Assembly (NCBI GenBank): GCA_965552135.1 | Contig: CBEVQY010000005.1 | Location: 1 to 64,000 of the forward strand | Direction of reading: 5' to 3' | DNA from: an uncultured bacterium | GTDB taxonomy: Bacteria > UBP14 > UBA6098 > B30-G16 | Length of the DNA: 64,000 nt | Part shown: in pieces, positions 48,039-56,762 of the stretch | Layout: the number at the start of each line of letters is the position of its first letter | How positions within the stretch are numbered: position 1 is the first letter of the stretch | Program-made: the position numbers and the translations under genes | The notes under the pieces: generated by a model | What the model was told of the DNA's origin: nothing | The model's input: the letters and a program-made list of their open reading frames with translations, nothing else | Databases searched by the model: none

Positions 48039-48602
48039 CTATTTCAGTCGTCCTAGGGTCGCTGTTTGCAAAATACTAAAGATATCTCGTCCTTCCTTTA
48101 ACTTCTTCAGTAATGTTTGAAACAATCGTCCTTCCGGATAATTGGTTTTCTCTTGAAGCATAAGTAGTTTCGCTAACAGTAACAGAAACTTGACATTATA
48201 CTCACCATATTTACTGAGTTCCTTAAACTGCTCTAGAGTTTCCTTGTCATAGTTTAACAACTCAGTTAATTCGAGTTTATTCCTTTCATCTTGAGTCATG
48301 GGACAAATTTCTTTCTCCCAAATCTTCATCAGCTCATCTATGAACTGTTTTGTTAAATGTTTCTCCTGAAACATTTTTATCAAAACATCAACTGTCCAAT
48401 GGATATGTTTAGGTGTTCGGATGTTGGACCACTTGCCCTCTTTCAACTTCTGTCTGTAGCGAATCAAAATATCAGCAGGACCTTTCTTGCCTTTATATAT
48501 CGCTAAGATAAAATCATCATTCACTTTTATTACACTGATAGGTCGTCTGAGCTCACCTCGGCTTCTGAATGTCATAAACTCGCTAAGGTCATCTACTTTC
48601 AT
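48039..48602 (-). CDS. Hypothetical protein (island ORF3)
   Basis: 187-aa ORF overlapping the MTase end by 14 nt; RTPKHIHW and KLLMLQEKTNYP motifs. Confidence 0.85.
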   Translation of the reverse strand: MKVDDLSEFMTFRSRGELRRPISVIKVNDDFILAIYKGKKGPADILIRYRQKLKEGKWSNIRTPKHIHWTVDVLIKMFQEKHLTKQFIDELMKIWEKEICPMTQDERNKLELTELLNYDKETLEQFKELSKYGEYNVKFLLLLAKLLMLQEKTNYPEGRLFQTLLKKLKEGRDIFSILQTATLGRLK

Positions 48603-49506
48603 GCCACCACCTCACGCTAAATTTATGTTTTTTGTAATCTTTTTCATCTTTTGGTTTTCTAAAAACGAAAATGTGCTCGTGGCTAATAAGATAAAATTCA
48701 TACTCCTTTGCGCGCCACCTTTCTCGTGTGGTTTTCATATTCCATTGAAGCTTTATTATGTCTTCTTTTAGAATAAAACCAACATCTAGAAACGCCTGCA
48801 TAACTCTAAAAGCAATCGGTACATAGTGTTTGTGTTTCCTCGTATCTCCAATCAAAATTGCACATATTTTTCCAGGCTTCAACACTCTGAACGATTCCTT
48901 AGCAACCCTTTGCATTTCCCTTAAGTACTCCTCAAACGGTAGCTGGGATAGGTCGTCATCGAGTTTTCTAGTCTTAGTGTATGAGATTATGCTTGCATAA
49001 GGTGGATGAGTTGCTATAAGGTCAATGCTTTCATCAGCGATCTTGTCCAAATTCCTCGCATCACCCCAATAAGTCCTTACTATAGGCTCCTTATATTCCT
49101 GAAAAAGCGGATTATATGAGAAATTCAATCGATCTCGTGCAATCATAACTGCATCAAGATTCACATCCACACCGATGGCATTCCTCTCCAAAAGCTTCGC
49201 CTCAACCAAAGTTGTGCCACTTCCCATCATCTGGTCAAGTACCCAATCACCTTTTTGGGTGTACTTCAAAATAAGATTTCTCGGGATATAAGGGGACCAA
49301 TTCCCTCTATAGTCTCCCCTGTGTGTTGCCCAATTTCCGCGATCCGGAAAACTCCACACCGTTGTGCGCTCAGGTATGTAATCCTCGGGCGGACTATACA
49401 GCTTTATATCCCAATCTCCATGAAGTTTCACCTGCACATCATCAATTATCACAAATCTGTTCTTTTTCAAAAACTCAACGTAGTCTTCGTGAGTTATTTC
49501 CATCAT
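48589..49506 (-). CDS. Amino-(N4C/N6A) DNA methyltransferase, HPPY type
   Basis: TTVWSF, VLDQMMGSGTT (motif I), DLIATHPPY (motif IV), RVLKPG, HEHIFVFRK. Confidence 0.88.
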   Translation of the reverse strand: MMEITHEDYVEFLKKNRFVIIDDVQVKLHGDWDIKLYSPPEDYIPERTTVWSFPDRGNWATHRGDYRGNWSPYIPRNLILKYTQKGDWVLDQMMGSGTTLVEAKLLERNAIGVDVNLDAVMIARDRLNFSYNPLFQEYKEPIVRTYWGDARNLDKIADESIDLIATHPPYASIISYTKTRKLDDDLSQLPFEEYLREMQRVAKESFRVLKPGKICAILIGDTRKHKHYVPIAFRVMQAFLDVGFILKEDIIKLQWNMKTTRERWRAKEYEFYLISHEHIFVFRKPKDEKDYKKHKFSVRWWHESR

Positions 49507-50108
49507 GTTTCTGTATTTTCCTTGCTCGACCATATTTTGAGTAACCTCCTTATTTCGTTGGGAGAATAAAGCCCACTGTATACAAGAACGTATCCGGCGA
49601 ACGGCATCTTCCTTCCCAAGTATTTAGCAGGCGGATATCTAGTATCCTCAAGCACAGCCATCCATTTCAAATAACTAAGTACTAGCAACGTTGGATACCC
49701 ACATAGTTGTATGTTCTGACATTTATGTGCAGTCCAGCTCACCTTCGGCTCCTGAAAGTTCAGGATTACATCTTTTATCGCCTTAAAAAGAGACTGCTTA
49801 GCCGGTGACACTAGTCCATGAAAAGCCTTTAAGGTTTCCAAATGCTTCGGCATCCAGTAGCAACCGCTTGGTTCAAAAACCCAAATCGTAAAATCTTCTT
49901 GGTGCTCGCAACCAACCAGTTTTGATTTGACTCCTCTAGTATCGGGTTTTTTAACCACAACTTTGTAATCGTCGACTTCTTCCACAATATATTCACCTGC
50001 TGAATGAGTGCAAAATTGCACGCTAATGTCGGGTGAGTTAAGTATAACTAACCTCTTAGCCTTTGAAAGGACAGGCGGCGCTACATTTCGAGGACAAACT
50101 CCCAACAT
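49503..50108 (-). CDS. Hypothetical protein (island ORF1)
   Basis: 201-aa ORF with GGAGG RBS; ATGA overlap with MTase; MPKH and KWMAVLEDTRYP motifs. Confidence 0.82.
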   Translation of the reverse strand: MLGVCPRNVAPPVLSKAKRLVILNSPDISVQFCTHSAGEYIVEEVDDYKVVVKKPDTRGVKSKLVGCEHQEDFTIWVFEPSGCYWMPKHLETLKAFHGLVSPAKQSLFKAIKDVILNFQEPKVSWTAHKCQNIQLCGYPTLLVLSYLKWMAVLEDTRYPPAKYLGRKMPFAGYVLVYSGLYSPNEIRRLLKIWSSKENTET

Positions 50109-50137
50109 CTTCTACCTCCATATTATTTTGCTGCTGC

Positions 50138-51568
50138 CTACCTCACATAAACCACTTTCTCAATCATTTCCTGCCCCGCGTGTGTTTTTGCGCAGACGAG
50201 GTAAACCCCCGCCGGCAAAGACCCGTCAGGCTCCCAGACGAAACAAGACTCCGTCGCCGAAAGCCTTACGCACTCTGTGAGCCTGCCGTCGATCGTGTAG
50301 ATCTTTATCTCTGCACCGGACGGCGCGGTGATAGAGCAGGACGAGTTGAACGGGTTAGGAAAAGCTCTGAGGCATGCTGCAGGCTGCCCTCGGCAGCGTT
50401 GCTCGTCGACCGTAACGGGGGCGTTGAAGATTATCATCTTCAGCGCCGTATATCGGACGCCTGTGGAGTCGTTTGAGCGTTTTATCACGCCCAACAGCGT
50501 GTCACCAACGGCGTTCCACGAGGCGTCGGCGCAGATGGTTCTAAAACCCGCAATGTACTCGGGGTGTCCGGGCTCGTTGAAGTAGGTCAGCCTCACCTTG
50601 TTCGAGCCGTCGGCGTCCATCATGTACCAGTCGGTACGAAGCGTTCTGCGCCAGTTGTCGGGATCGAACGTGTACCCAAGGCTTCTTATCCAGATTATTT
50701 TGCTTCCGTCGGGTGAGAAGTGAGCGTGTTCGTCCCAGACTGAGTCGGGCTCGGGCGTCAGGTTCACAAGCTCGCGCGTGGAGAGGTCGATTGTGCAGAT
50801 ATCGCCGTATGTGTCGCGCTGCTGCGGACCGGGGTTTGCGGTGAAGATGATCTTGCTGTCGTCGGGCGAAAAGCCGTGGGTCTCGAACCAGGTCACGTAC
50901 GGGTACTCCTCCGGCGTGAAGCTATCGACCGGCACAAGGGACGGCGAGCCGCCGGTTGTGTCGAACTCGGCGAGTATCATCCGCCAAAGCCCAAAGCGAC
51001 CTCGCTCGCCCAGGTCGGCTAAGCCGTCTGTGCACTCGCTGTAGATGACATACCTTCCGTCGTGCGAGAAGTGCGGGTGCAAAACGCCCGTTATGGGATG
51101 GGGATCGCTCCAGTTCCGCTTTGTGCGCAGGTTCGTAAGCCGGTGGAACGATGTGTCGGCGAAGTCGACGCACCAAAGGTCGTTGCTCCACCCTATCCCG
51201 GGCGTGCTCGTGGAGATCGTGCTGTCGACGTAGGTGACGACGTGGGAGTCGGCAGGGTCGTAGGCAGGGTCCTTCTCCGCCTGGAAGATGAGCCATCTGC
51301 CGCTGGGATGCCAGCAGGGCTGCCCGTTGTTGCGCTGAGGGATATCGCTCCTGTCGCAGGTCAAACAGTACTCAACATCGCCCGCAACGTCGCGTATCCA
51401 CACGTCGTACATGCTATCCTCGCCGCAGAGGTCGAAGGCAACAAGACCCGTCTCCCAGCACCAATCAACGCGCCCTCCGGGAATCCTTAAGCTCTCTATC
51501 CCCGCAATAAGCGAATCGTTAAAGCAAAACGATACGCCGGGGAGCAAAAGCACAAGCACAAGTCCCAT
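50138..51568 (-). CDS. Secreted TolB/PD40-like beta-propeller with sorting C-terminal domain
   Basis: WHPSG, FSHDG, FSPDD, FSPDG blades; PNPFNSSC C-terminal domain. Confidence 0.82.
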   Translation of the reverse strand: MGLVLVLLLPGVSFCFNDSLIAGIESLRIPGGRVDWCWETGLVAFDLCGEDSMYDVWIRDVAGDVEYCLTCDRSDIPQRNNGQPCWHPSGRWLIFQAEKDPAYDPADSHVVTYVDSTISTSTPGIGWSNDLWCVDFADTSFHRLTNLRTKRNWSDPHPITGVLHPHFSHDGRYVIYSECTDGLADLGERGRFGLWRMILAEFDTTGGSPSLVPVDSFTPEEYPYVTWFETHGFSPDDSKIIFTANPGPQQRDTYGDICTIDLSTRELVNLTPEPDSVWDEHAHFSPDGSKIIWIRSLGYTFDPDNWRRTLRTDWYMMDADGSNKVRLTYFNEPGHPEYIAGFRTICADASWNAVGDTLLGVIKRSNDSTGVRYTALKMIIFNAPVTVDEQRCRGQPAACLRAFPNPFNSSCSITAPSGAEIKIYTIDGRLTECVRLSATESCFVWEPDGSLPAGVYLVCAKTHAGQEMIEKVVYVR

Positions 51569-51579
51569 CGTAAACCCCG

Positions 51580-53487
51580 CTATTTTACGTAGACGAGCCT
51601 TACAAGTTCCCGCCGATGTCCGTCCTTGGCGCAGACGACGTAAACCCCCGCCGGCAGCGAACCCTCGGGGCGCCAGAGGAAGCGGGACCGCGCTGGAGAA
51701 AGCCTTATGCACTCAACGAGTCTGCCCTCAAGGTCGCGGATCTCGATCTCCGCCCCGGCGAAAGCCCTTATGACGCACGAGGAGTTGAACGGATTGGGCA
51801 TAACCGAAAGTTCGGGGCGTGCGGGCTTTTGCGCCTCGAAGACAGCCGAAAAGCCCTCGTCGAGGAACCGGATGCACCGCTCCATAAGCCCTTCGAACGC
51901 GGTGTGCGTTGTGAGCTCTTCGAGCGGGAAGCCGAGGTACACCACTCTCGCCGAGCCGTCGTCCTTCGCCACGCCGGCGCCGGTGCCGTCGCCGTAGGTT
52001 ATTATCTGGATGCCGCCGAAGGCGGTGGAGGGATCGATCACCTCGAACGTATCTGTGGCGGAAAGCCCTCCCGACCAGCCCGATATCGGCTCAAACCCCT
52101 CAAGCGCCGATGCGGTCGTTATCCCCGTGGTCGTGCCGCCGTACTGCGCGCCGAGAGCCATGCTGTAGAACGCAAAATCCCCCGAACAGGCGCGCCCAAT
52201 GCCCGCTCCGCTGATAAGCGCGCGACCACCCATTGAGAGTATGTAGTTTCGCATCTGCGTTCGAGCGTCGCCCTCGAAGACGCCCAGAAAGCGCCTGCCA
52301 GCGTACCAGATCACCCTGCCTATCCCAAGCGACGAGAAAGGCGGCAGAGCGCCGTCGGTGGAGGTGTTCCAGTAAAATGTGACCTCGTCCCTTGCGGCGA
52401 AGAAATCGAGGTATTCTGCCGAATCTGGCTCGCCGGAGTCGTTGACGATGAGGTTGTCCAACCCGGCGCCGACGGAGAAGAATAGCGTGTCGTACCTTTC
52501 GGCGAGTGCGTCTGTGTGGACGACGACCCCAAAGCTGCAAACGCCCGGCGTGGGCGCATCGACCGTTATGGGAACGTCGTAGTCCGACATCGAAAGAACC
52601 AAAACGTCGGTCTCCGAGTCCCCGGAGAACATGCACACGCTCCAGTCGGGGGGAAGCTCCACAGGAACTATCTGCAGGTGATAAGTGTCGTTCATAAGCC
52701 CGAGGTTCTGGATCGTGAGTGTGAACTCTGCACCTTCGCCTGCGGGGCATATAGTTTTCCGCTGCGGCGCAAGAGTTCTGAACTCGTAGTCGGGTCTACG
52801 CCAAACGGTGTCCTTGACGGCGTTGATTATCGTTGGCGGCTCAGGCGCAACAACGTACGCCACGAAGATGCACCCGTGGGGATCCCACTCCGGCTCAAGG
52901 TCGAAGGCGAAGTGGAACTCGACGGTATCGCCGTAGGCTAAGTCGAAGCGGTCGCCCAGGGCGCTTGTGTAGTACCGCTGAACGACCCAGTTGTACGTAT
53001 GCCCCCCGTCGCTCAGGCTATCCACAGTAAGGACAGCCAAAAGCCTGTACTCGCCGTCGTGTCCCTCCTCCTCGAGGAAGACCCTGACCCCTATGCTGTC
53101 GAACGTGTGGTCGAACGTCTCGATGCCCAGGTAAGACTCCTCGGCTGCGTGGGAGAGCATCGCAAGTATCCAGCTGGAGTAGTCGGGGCCGTAGTCGTCG
53201 CCGTCTATGAACATGTGGGGGACGTAGCTCATGTCGTCGGTGTAGTCGGCGTAGTAGTTCCACCTCAGGTTGTTTCCGGAGATCTCCAGTCCGTCGCCCA
53301 CGTGCATTCGCAGAACCACAGCCGAGTCCTCCCAGAGGACCTGGTTTTCGACGAGGAACTGAAACGCGCTGTTGCACGCTCCGCACCAGCTTGCCGTAAA
53401 AAGCTCCCCAACGGAGATCCGCGGGAACCCAGAAGCCAAGCCCACCAGTGCTAAGGCAAAAAGGAAGGACCGTCCTGCCATCGCCAA
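51580..53487 (-). CDS. Secreted Omp28-like thioredoxin-fold multidomain protein with sorting C-terminal domain
   Basis: ELFTASWCGAC, VPHMFIDG; PNPFNSSC C-terminal domain. Confidence 0.8.
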   Translation of the reverse strand: MAMAGRSFLFALALVGLASGFPRISVGELFTASWCGACNSAFQFLVENQVLWEDSAVVLRMHVGDGLEISGNNLRWNYYADYTDDMSYVPHMFIDGDDYGPDYSSWILAMLSHAAEESYLGIETFDHTFDSIGVRVFLEEEGHDGEYRLLAVLTVDSLSDGGHTYNWVVQRYYTSALGDRFDLAYGDTVEFHFAFDLEPEWDPHGCIFVAYVVAPEPPTIINAVKDTVWRRPDYEFRTLAPQRKTICPAGEGAEFTLTIQNLGLMNDTYHLQIVPVELPPDWSVCMFSGDSETDVLVLSMSDYDVPITVDAPTPGVCSFGVVVHTDALAERYDTLFFSVGAGLDNLIVNDSGEPDSAEYLDFFAARDEVTFYWNTSTDGALPPFSSLGIGRVIWYAGRRFLGVFEGDARTQMRNYILSMGGRALISGAGIGRACSGDFAFYSMALGAQYGGTTTGITTASALEGFEPISGWSGGLSATDTFEVIDPSTAFGGIQIITYGDGTGAGVAKDDGSARVVYLGFPLEELTTHTAFEGLMERCIRFLDEGFSAVFEAQKPARPELSVMPNPFNSSCVIRAFAGAEIEIRDLEGRLVECIRLSPARSRFLWRPEGSLPAGVYVVCAKDGHRRELVRLVYVK

Positions 53488-53494
53488 CGACCTC

Positions 53495-54151
53495 CTACCT
53501 TACCACAAAGACCTTCTGTGCGGTGGAGCCCTTCGCGGTCTGCAGCGAAACGATGTATGCCCCGCAGGGAAGTCCTTGGGGGCGCCAGACGCAGCTGCCC
53601 CTGCCTGCTACCCTTCGTTCGGCAACCACGTCGCCGCCAAGGTCTGTGATGCGAAGCACACCCTCCGCCAAAACGCTGTAGCGCACAGTGCACGACGACC
53701 TGACCAGAGCCGGCGAAACGGAGAGAAAAACCTCCGCGAACCGCCCACCCTCCTCGACCCCGGACTCCGTCGTGACGAGGAAGCGCAGGCTGTCGCTCCA
53801 CCGCGAAACCCTCGCCGAGAAGAACACATCCATGCTCCCTGTGCCCGGCACCTCCTCGTCGGTGAAGAAGTGGACGGTGACCGTTTCGATCTCCCCCGGG
53901 CTTACAGCCATCCATGCGTGGCTTGTGAAGCAGCTTGTGGATGTGCACGCGTTGAGGATCCAGCCCTCGGGGGCGTCGGGGTAGAGGTAGATATCCACCG
54001 TATCCTCACATGCGCCGCCGTTTTCGACCTCGACGTAGAAGGTCACGTCATCGCCCGGCTCGACGGCGGCGCTTGTGGAGTCGCAGCGCAGGCTCAAACC
54101 AGCCTGCGCCCACAAAGCGACAAGAGGCACAAAAAAACAAAGCACCCTCAT
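53495..54151 (-). CDS. Small secreted Ig-like protein with degenerate sorting C-terminal domain
   Basis: Signal peptide; W..NAC....C; DLGG..W.P..GAY. Confidence 0.7.
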   Translation of the reverse strand: MRVLCFFVPLVALWAQAGLSLRCDSTSAAVEPGDDVTFYVEVENGGACEDTVDIYLYPDAPEGWILNACTSTSCFTSHAWMAVSPGEIETVTVHFFTDEEVPGTGSMDVFFSARVSRWSDSLRFLVTTESGVEEGGRFAEVFLSVSPALVRSSCTVRYSVLAEGVLRITDLGGDVVAERRVAGRGSCVWRPQGLPCGAYIVSLQTAKGSTAQKVFVVR

Positions 54152-54163
54152 AGGCTCCCCCTT

Positions 54164-54946
54164 TCACTCCACCTTTCCTCGCGCGGCGCCGAGGACGACC
54201 CTATCGTCCCCCTGCACGAACGCCACAACCGAGTATCCGCTCGTCGCCCCGCCGGGGACCTCATCCGGAAGCTGCGCCGAGTAGTGGAAAGACGTCTCCC
54301 CGCCGGGCGGCAGGGCGCAGAACGAACCCCCAACATCGGGCAACATGACGGCTGCAACGTCGTGGAACTCCGTGATCCCGTTGCTGCCGGGCGCATCATC
54401 GAATGTCACGGTGTCCCTCACGAGTACGCAGTACAGCACAGTCGAAACCGTGCTGTCGACGCCCGAGGAAACGGTTACGGATACGTCGACGCTCTCGCCG
54501 ACGGCGGAGGCGGATATCGATATGCTAAGCGGTTTTTCCAGGGCGCGGACGGAATCCACGAACCACCAAAGGTAGTCGGGATCAGACAGTCTTTCCTGCG
54601 GGAGCTGTACGCCGTCTATGAAGAGCTGCGGGACGCCGTCGATGCCGTAGAAGCTCATCCTCGAGTCGTGGACCTCCGCGGCGGCGTCGTGGAACGGGTC
54701 GTCGGGGTAGATCATAGGGTGAAACTCGACCAAAACCGGAGCCAGCCCCTCCTGCGCAAAGGCATCGACGACGGACCCAAGGGCGTCGTGAACGTCGGCG
54801 CAGGGGATGCAGTTTACGTTCGTGAAATCCTCAACGAGGACCGAAAAATACGAAACCTGGGCGGACGTGGGCGATTCGCCCTCCTCCTTCCCGCAGCCCG
54901 AAAGCAAAACCAAAGCGAACACCACAAGCAAAAGCCTGAACCTCAC
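54164..54946 (-). CDS. Omp28-related lipoprotein
   Basis: Lipobox LSGC; VEDFTNVNCIPC, GVPQLFIDG, VVAFVQ. Confidence 0.82.
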   Translation of the reverse strand: MRFRLLLVVFALVLLSGCGKEEGESPTSAQVSYFSVLVEDFTNVNCIPCADVHDALGSVVDAFAQEGLAPVLVEFHPMIYPDDPFHDAAAEVHDSRMSFYGIDGVPQLFIDGVQLPQERLSDPDYLWWFVDSVRALEKPLSISISASAVGESVDVSVTVSSGVDSTVSTVLYCVLVRDTVTFDDAPGSNGITEFHDVAAVMLPDVGGSFCALPPGGETSFHYSAQLPDEVPGGATSGYSVVAFVQGDDRVVLGAARGKVE

Positions 54947-55099
54947 GCTCACCCCCCTTTTTTGTAACAGTATACGCCCTCGCCTACCCTTCCTCAAGCG
55001 AAATCGGCTCAGCCGACAAAGGTTCCTGCGTCATCTAAATTTTTTCTTGACAAACGCTGAGAAAAATGTTTTTTGAGTTGATTTGGGACCGAGGCCGCC

Positions 55100-55960
55100 A
55101 TGCTCAAACTCTCCGGCAAAAAGGTTGCCGAAAGGCTTTACGGGGAAATAATGGATTTTCTTTCTCGGTCCGACGAGTCGCCGCGGCTTCTTTCGGTTGT
55201 CATAGGCGATGACCCTGCGGCTGTCTCGTATGTGAGGGCGAAGGGACGGAAGGCGCAGGCTTTGGGTGCCGAGTTCAAGGTGCTTGAGCTTCCGGGCAAT
55301 GTCGGGCAGGATGAGGCGGAGCGCGCACTGCGAAGCAAGATAAAAAGCTGGAACCCAACCGGCGTTGTCATAGAGAGACCCGTTCCGCCGCAGATAAACT
55401 TCCCAAAGCTTTCCGAGCTTATTCCGCCCGCCGCCGACGTCGACTGCCAGCGCATGGACAGCCTCGGCAGGCTTATGCTCGGCAAGCCAGCCTACATCCC
55501 AGCCACCGCGGGCGCCGTGATGGAGATACTGAAGCACTACGAAATCCAAACGTCCGGGAAGGACGTTGTTGTGATCGGCAGGAGTCTTACGGTTGGGCTC
55601 CCGCTTTCGGTCCTCCTCGTCCAGAAGAGTGACGGCGCAAACGCAACTGTGACGATATGCCACTCAAAGACCCTTGATCTTGCAGCTCACACGAGGCGTG
55701 CCGACATCCTCGTCGTTGCTGCGGGCAAGCCCGGGCTTGTTACGGCGGATATGGTCCGCCGGGGCGCCGTCGTGATCGACGTGGGAACAAACTACGTCGA
55801 CGGAAAGCTTGTGGGCGATGTTGACTACGAAGGCGTTTCGGAAAAAGCCTCCGCCATAACGCCCGTGCCGGGCGGGGTAGGTCCTGTGACAACAGCATAC
55901 CTTATGTATAATCTCGTCAAGGCTCTCAGGGAAAGGAACAAAAAAGGAGAGCAAAGATGA
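55100..55960 (+). CDS. folD: Methylenetetrahydrofolate dehydrogenase/cyclohydrolase (divergent)
   Basis: YVRAK, GRSLTVG.P, ATVTICHS, DVG.N, TPVPGGVGP.T. Confidence 0.93.
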   Translation: MLKLSGKKVAERLYGEIMDFLSRSDESPRLLSVVIGDDPAAVSYVRAKGRKAQALGAEFKVLELPGNVGQDEAERALRSKIKSWNPTGVVIERPVPPQINFPKLSELIPPAADVDCQRMDSLGRLMLGKPAYIPATAGAVMEILKHYEIQTSGKDVVVIGRSLTVGLPLSVLLVQKSDGANATVTICHSKTLDLAAHTRRADILVVAAGKPGLVTADMVRRGAVVIDVGTNYVDGKLVGDVDYEGVSEKASAITPVPGGVGPVTTAYLMYNLVKALRERNKKGEQR

Positions 55961-56709
55961 AGATGAGCTTGGAACGCAAAATAGAGCGGTTCGACAGGAA
56001 ATACAAGGACAAGGGCGGTTTCGCCAAGTTCAAGGAGATGGTTGAGAACCTCGCCACCCTCGAGGAGATAGGCAGGCACTTTGGCTTTTCGCGTCAGAAC
56101 ACCGCGGGGCTTTACCGCTCGTTTTTCGGCAGACCCTACAAGGAGATTCAGATCAAGCGCCGCCTCAAGCGCGAGGCGGAGATGTTCTCGCTGCCCCTCG
56201 ACCTCGACAAGCTCCAAAAGAAGATGGCCGAGGAGGGCAGACACCGCACGGCGAAGAAGATCGGATACATAAAGCTCGTCAAAAAGGTTGCGGAGGATCT
56301 GGGCTACGAGGTCAAGATTTTGCGGAAGCGCAGCGGAGCGCTTGTGGTCTTCATAAACGGGCACAAGTGCGCCGTCTCCGGAACGAACACGAAAACGATT
56401 TACCACTACCCCAAAAACCATCCGCCCAGCGTTTACTACAGGTTCGCCGTGCCGTCAAAGAAGGTTGACTTCTGCATATTCGTGATAGAGCTTGAGGACC
56501 ACTACACGTTCTACGTCATCCCCTACGAGAAGATAAAGCACCTATCGCTTATAACGCTTCGCGACAGCTACGAGTGGGTTGAGGGCAAGCGCGGCATCCC
56601 GACGAGCAAATACGCCCAATATCGCAACCGCTTCGATCTTCTCAAGGAGCCCAAGGAGAACCCCGAGCTTGCCGAGCTTGAGAGGCTTGCATCTCCCCCT
56701 GCGCCTTAA
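55957..56709 (+). CDS. HTH-containing hypothetical protein
   Basis: TLEEIGRHFGFSRQ HTH; ATGA overlap with folD; GGAG RBS. Confidence 0.8.
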   Translation: MKMSLERKIERFDRKYKDKGGFAKFKEMVENLATLEEIGRHFGFSRQNTAGLYRSFFGRPYKEIQIKRRLKREAEMFSLPLDLDKLQKKMAEEGRHRTAKKIGYIKLVKKVAEDLGYEVKILRKRSGALVVFINGHKCAVSGTNTKTIYHYPKNHPPSVYYRFAVPSKKVDFCIFVIELEDHYTFYVIPYEKIKHLSLITLRDSYEWVEGKRGIPTSKYAQYRNRFDLLKEPKENPELAELERLASPPAP

Positions 56710-56762
56710 GCTGACGCACATTTGCGTTGACACGGTACCCAGGGCGGATAAGTTGGAGTGCG

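Larger units (their letters stand above)
47800..50135. mobile_element. AT-rich horizontally acquired islet (boundaries approximate, no mobility gene)
   Basis: Abrupt shift to AT-rich composition and codon usage relative to the flanks. Confidence 0.7.

Noticed and set aside
53372..54967. 531-aa plus-strand ORF
   Set aside because: Antisense to signal-peptide genes with coherent domains.
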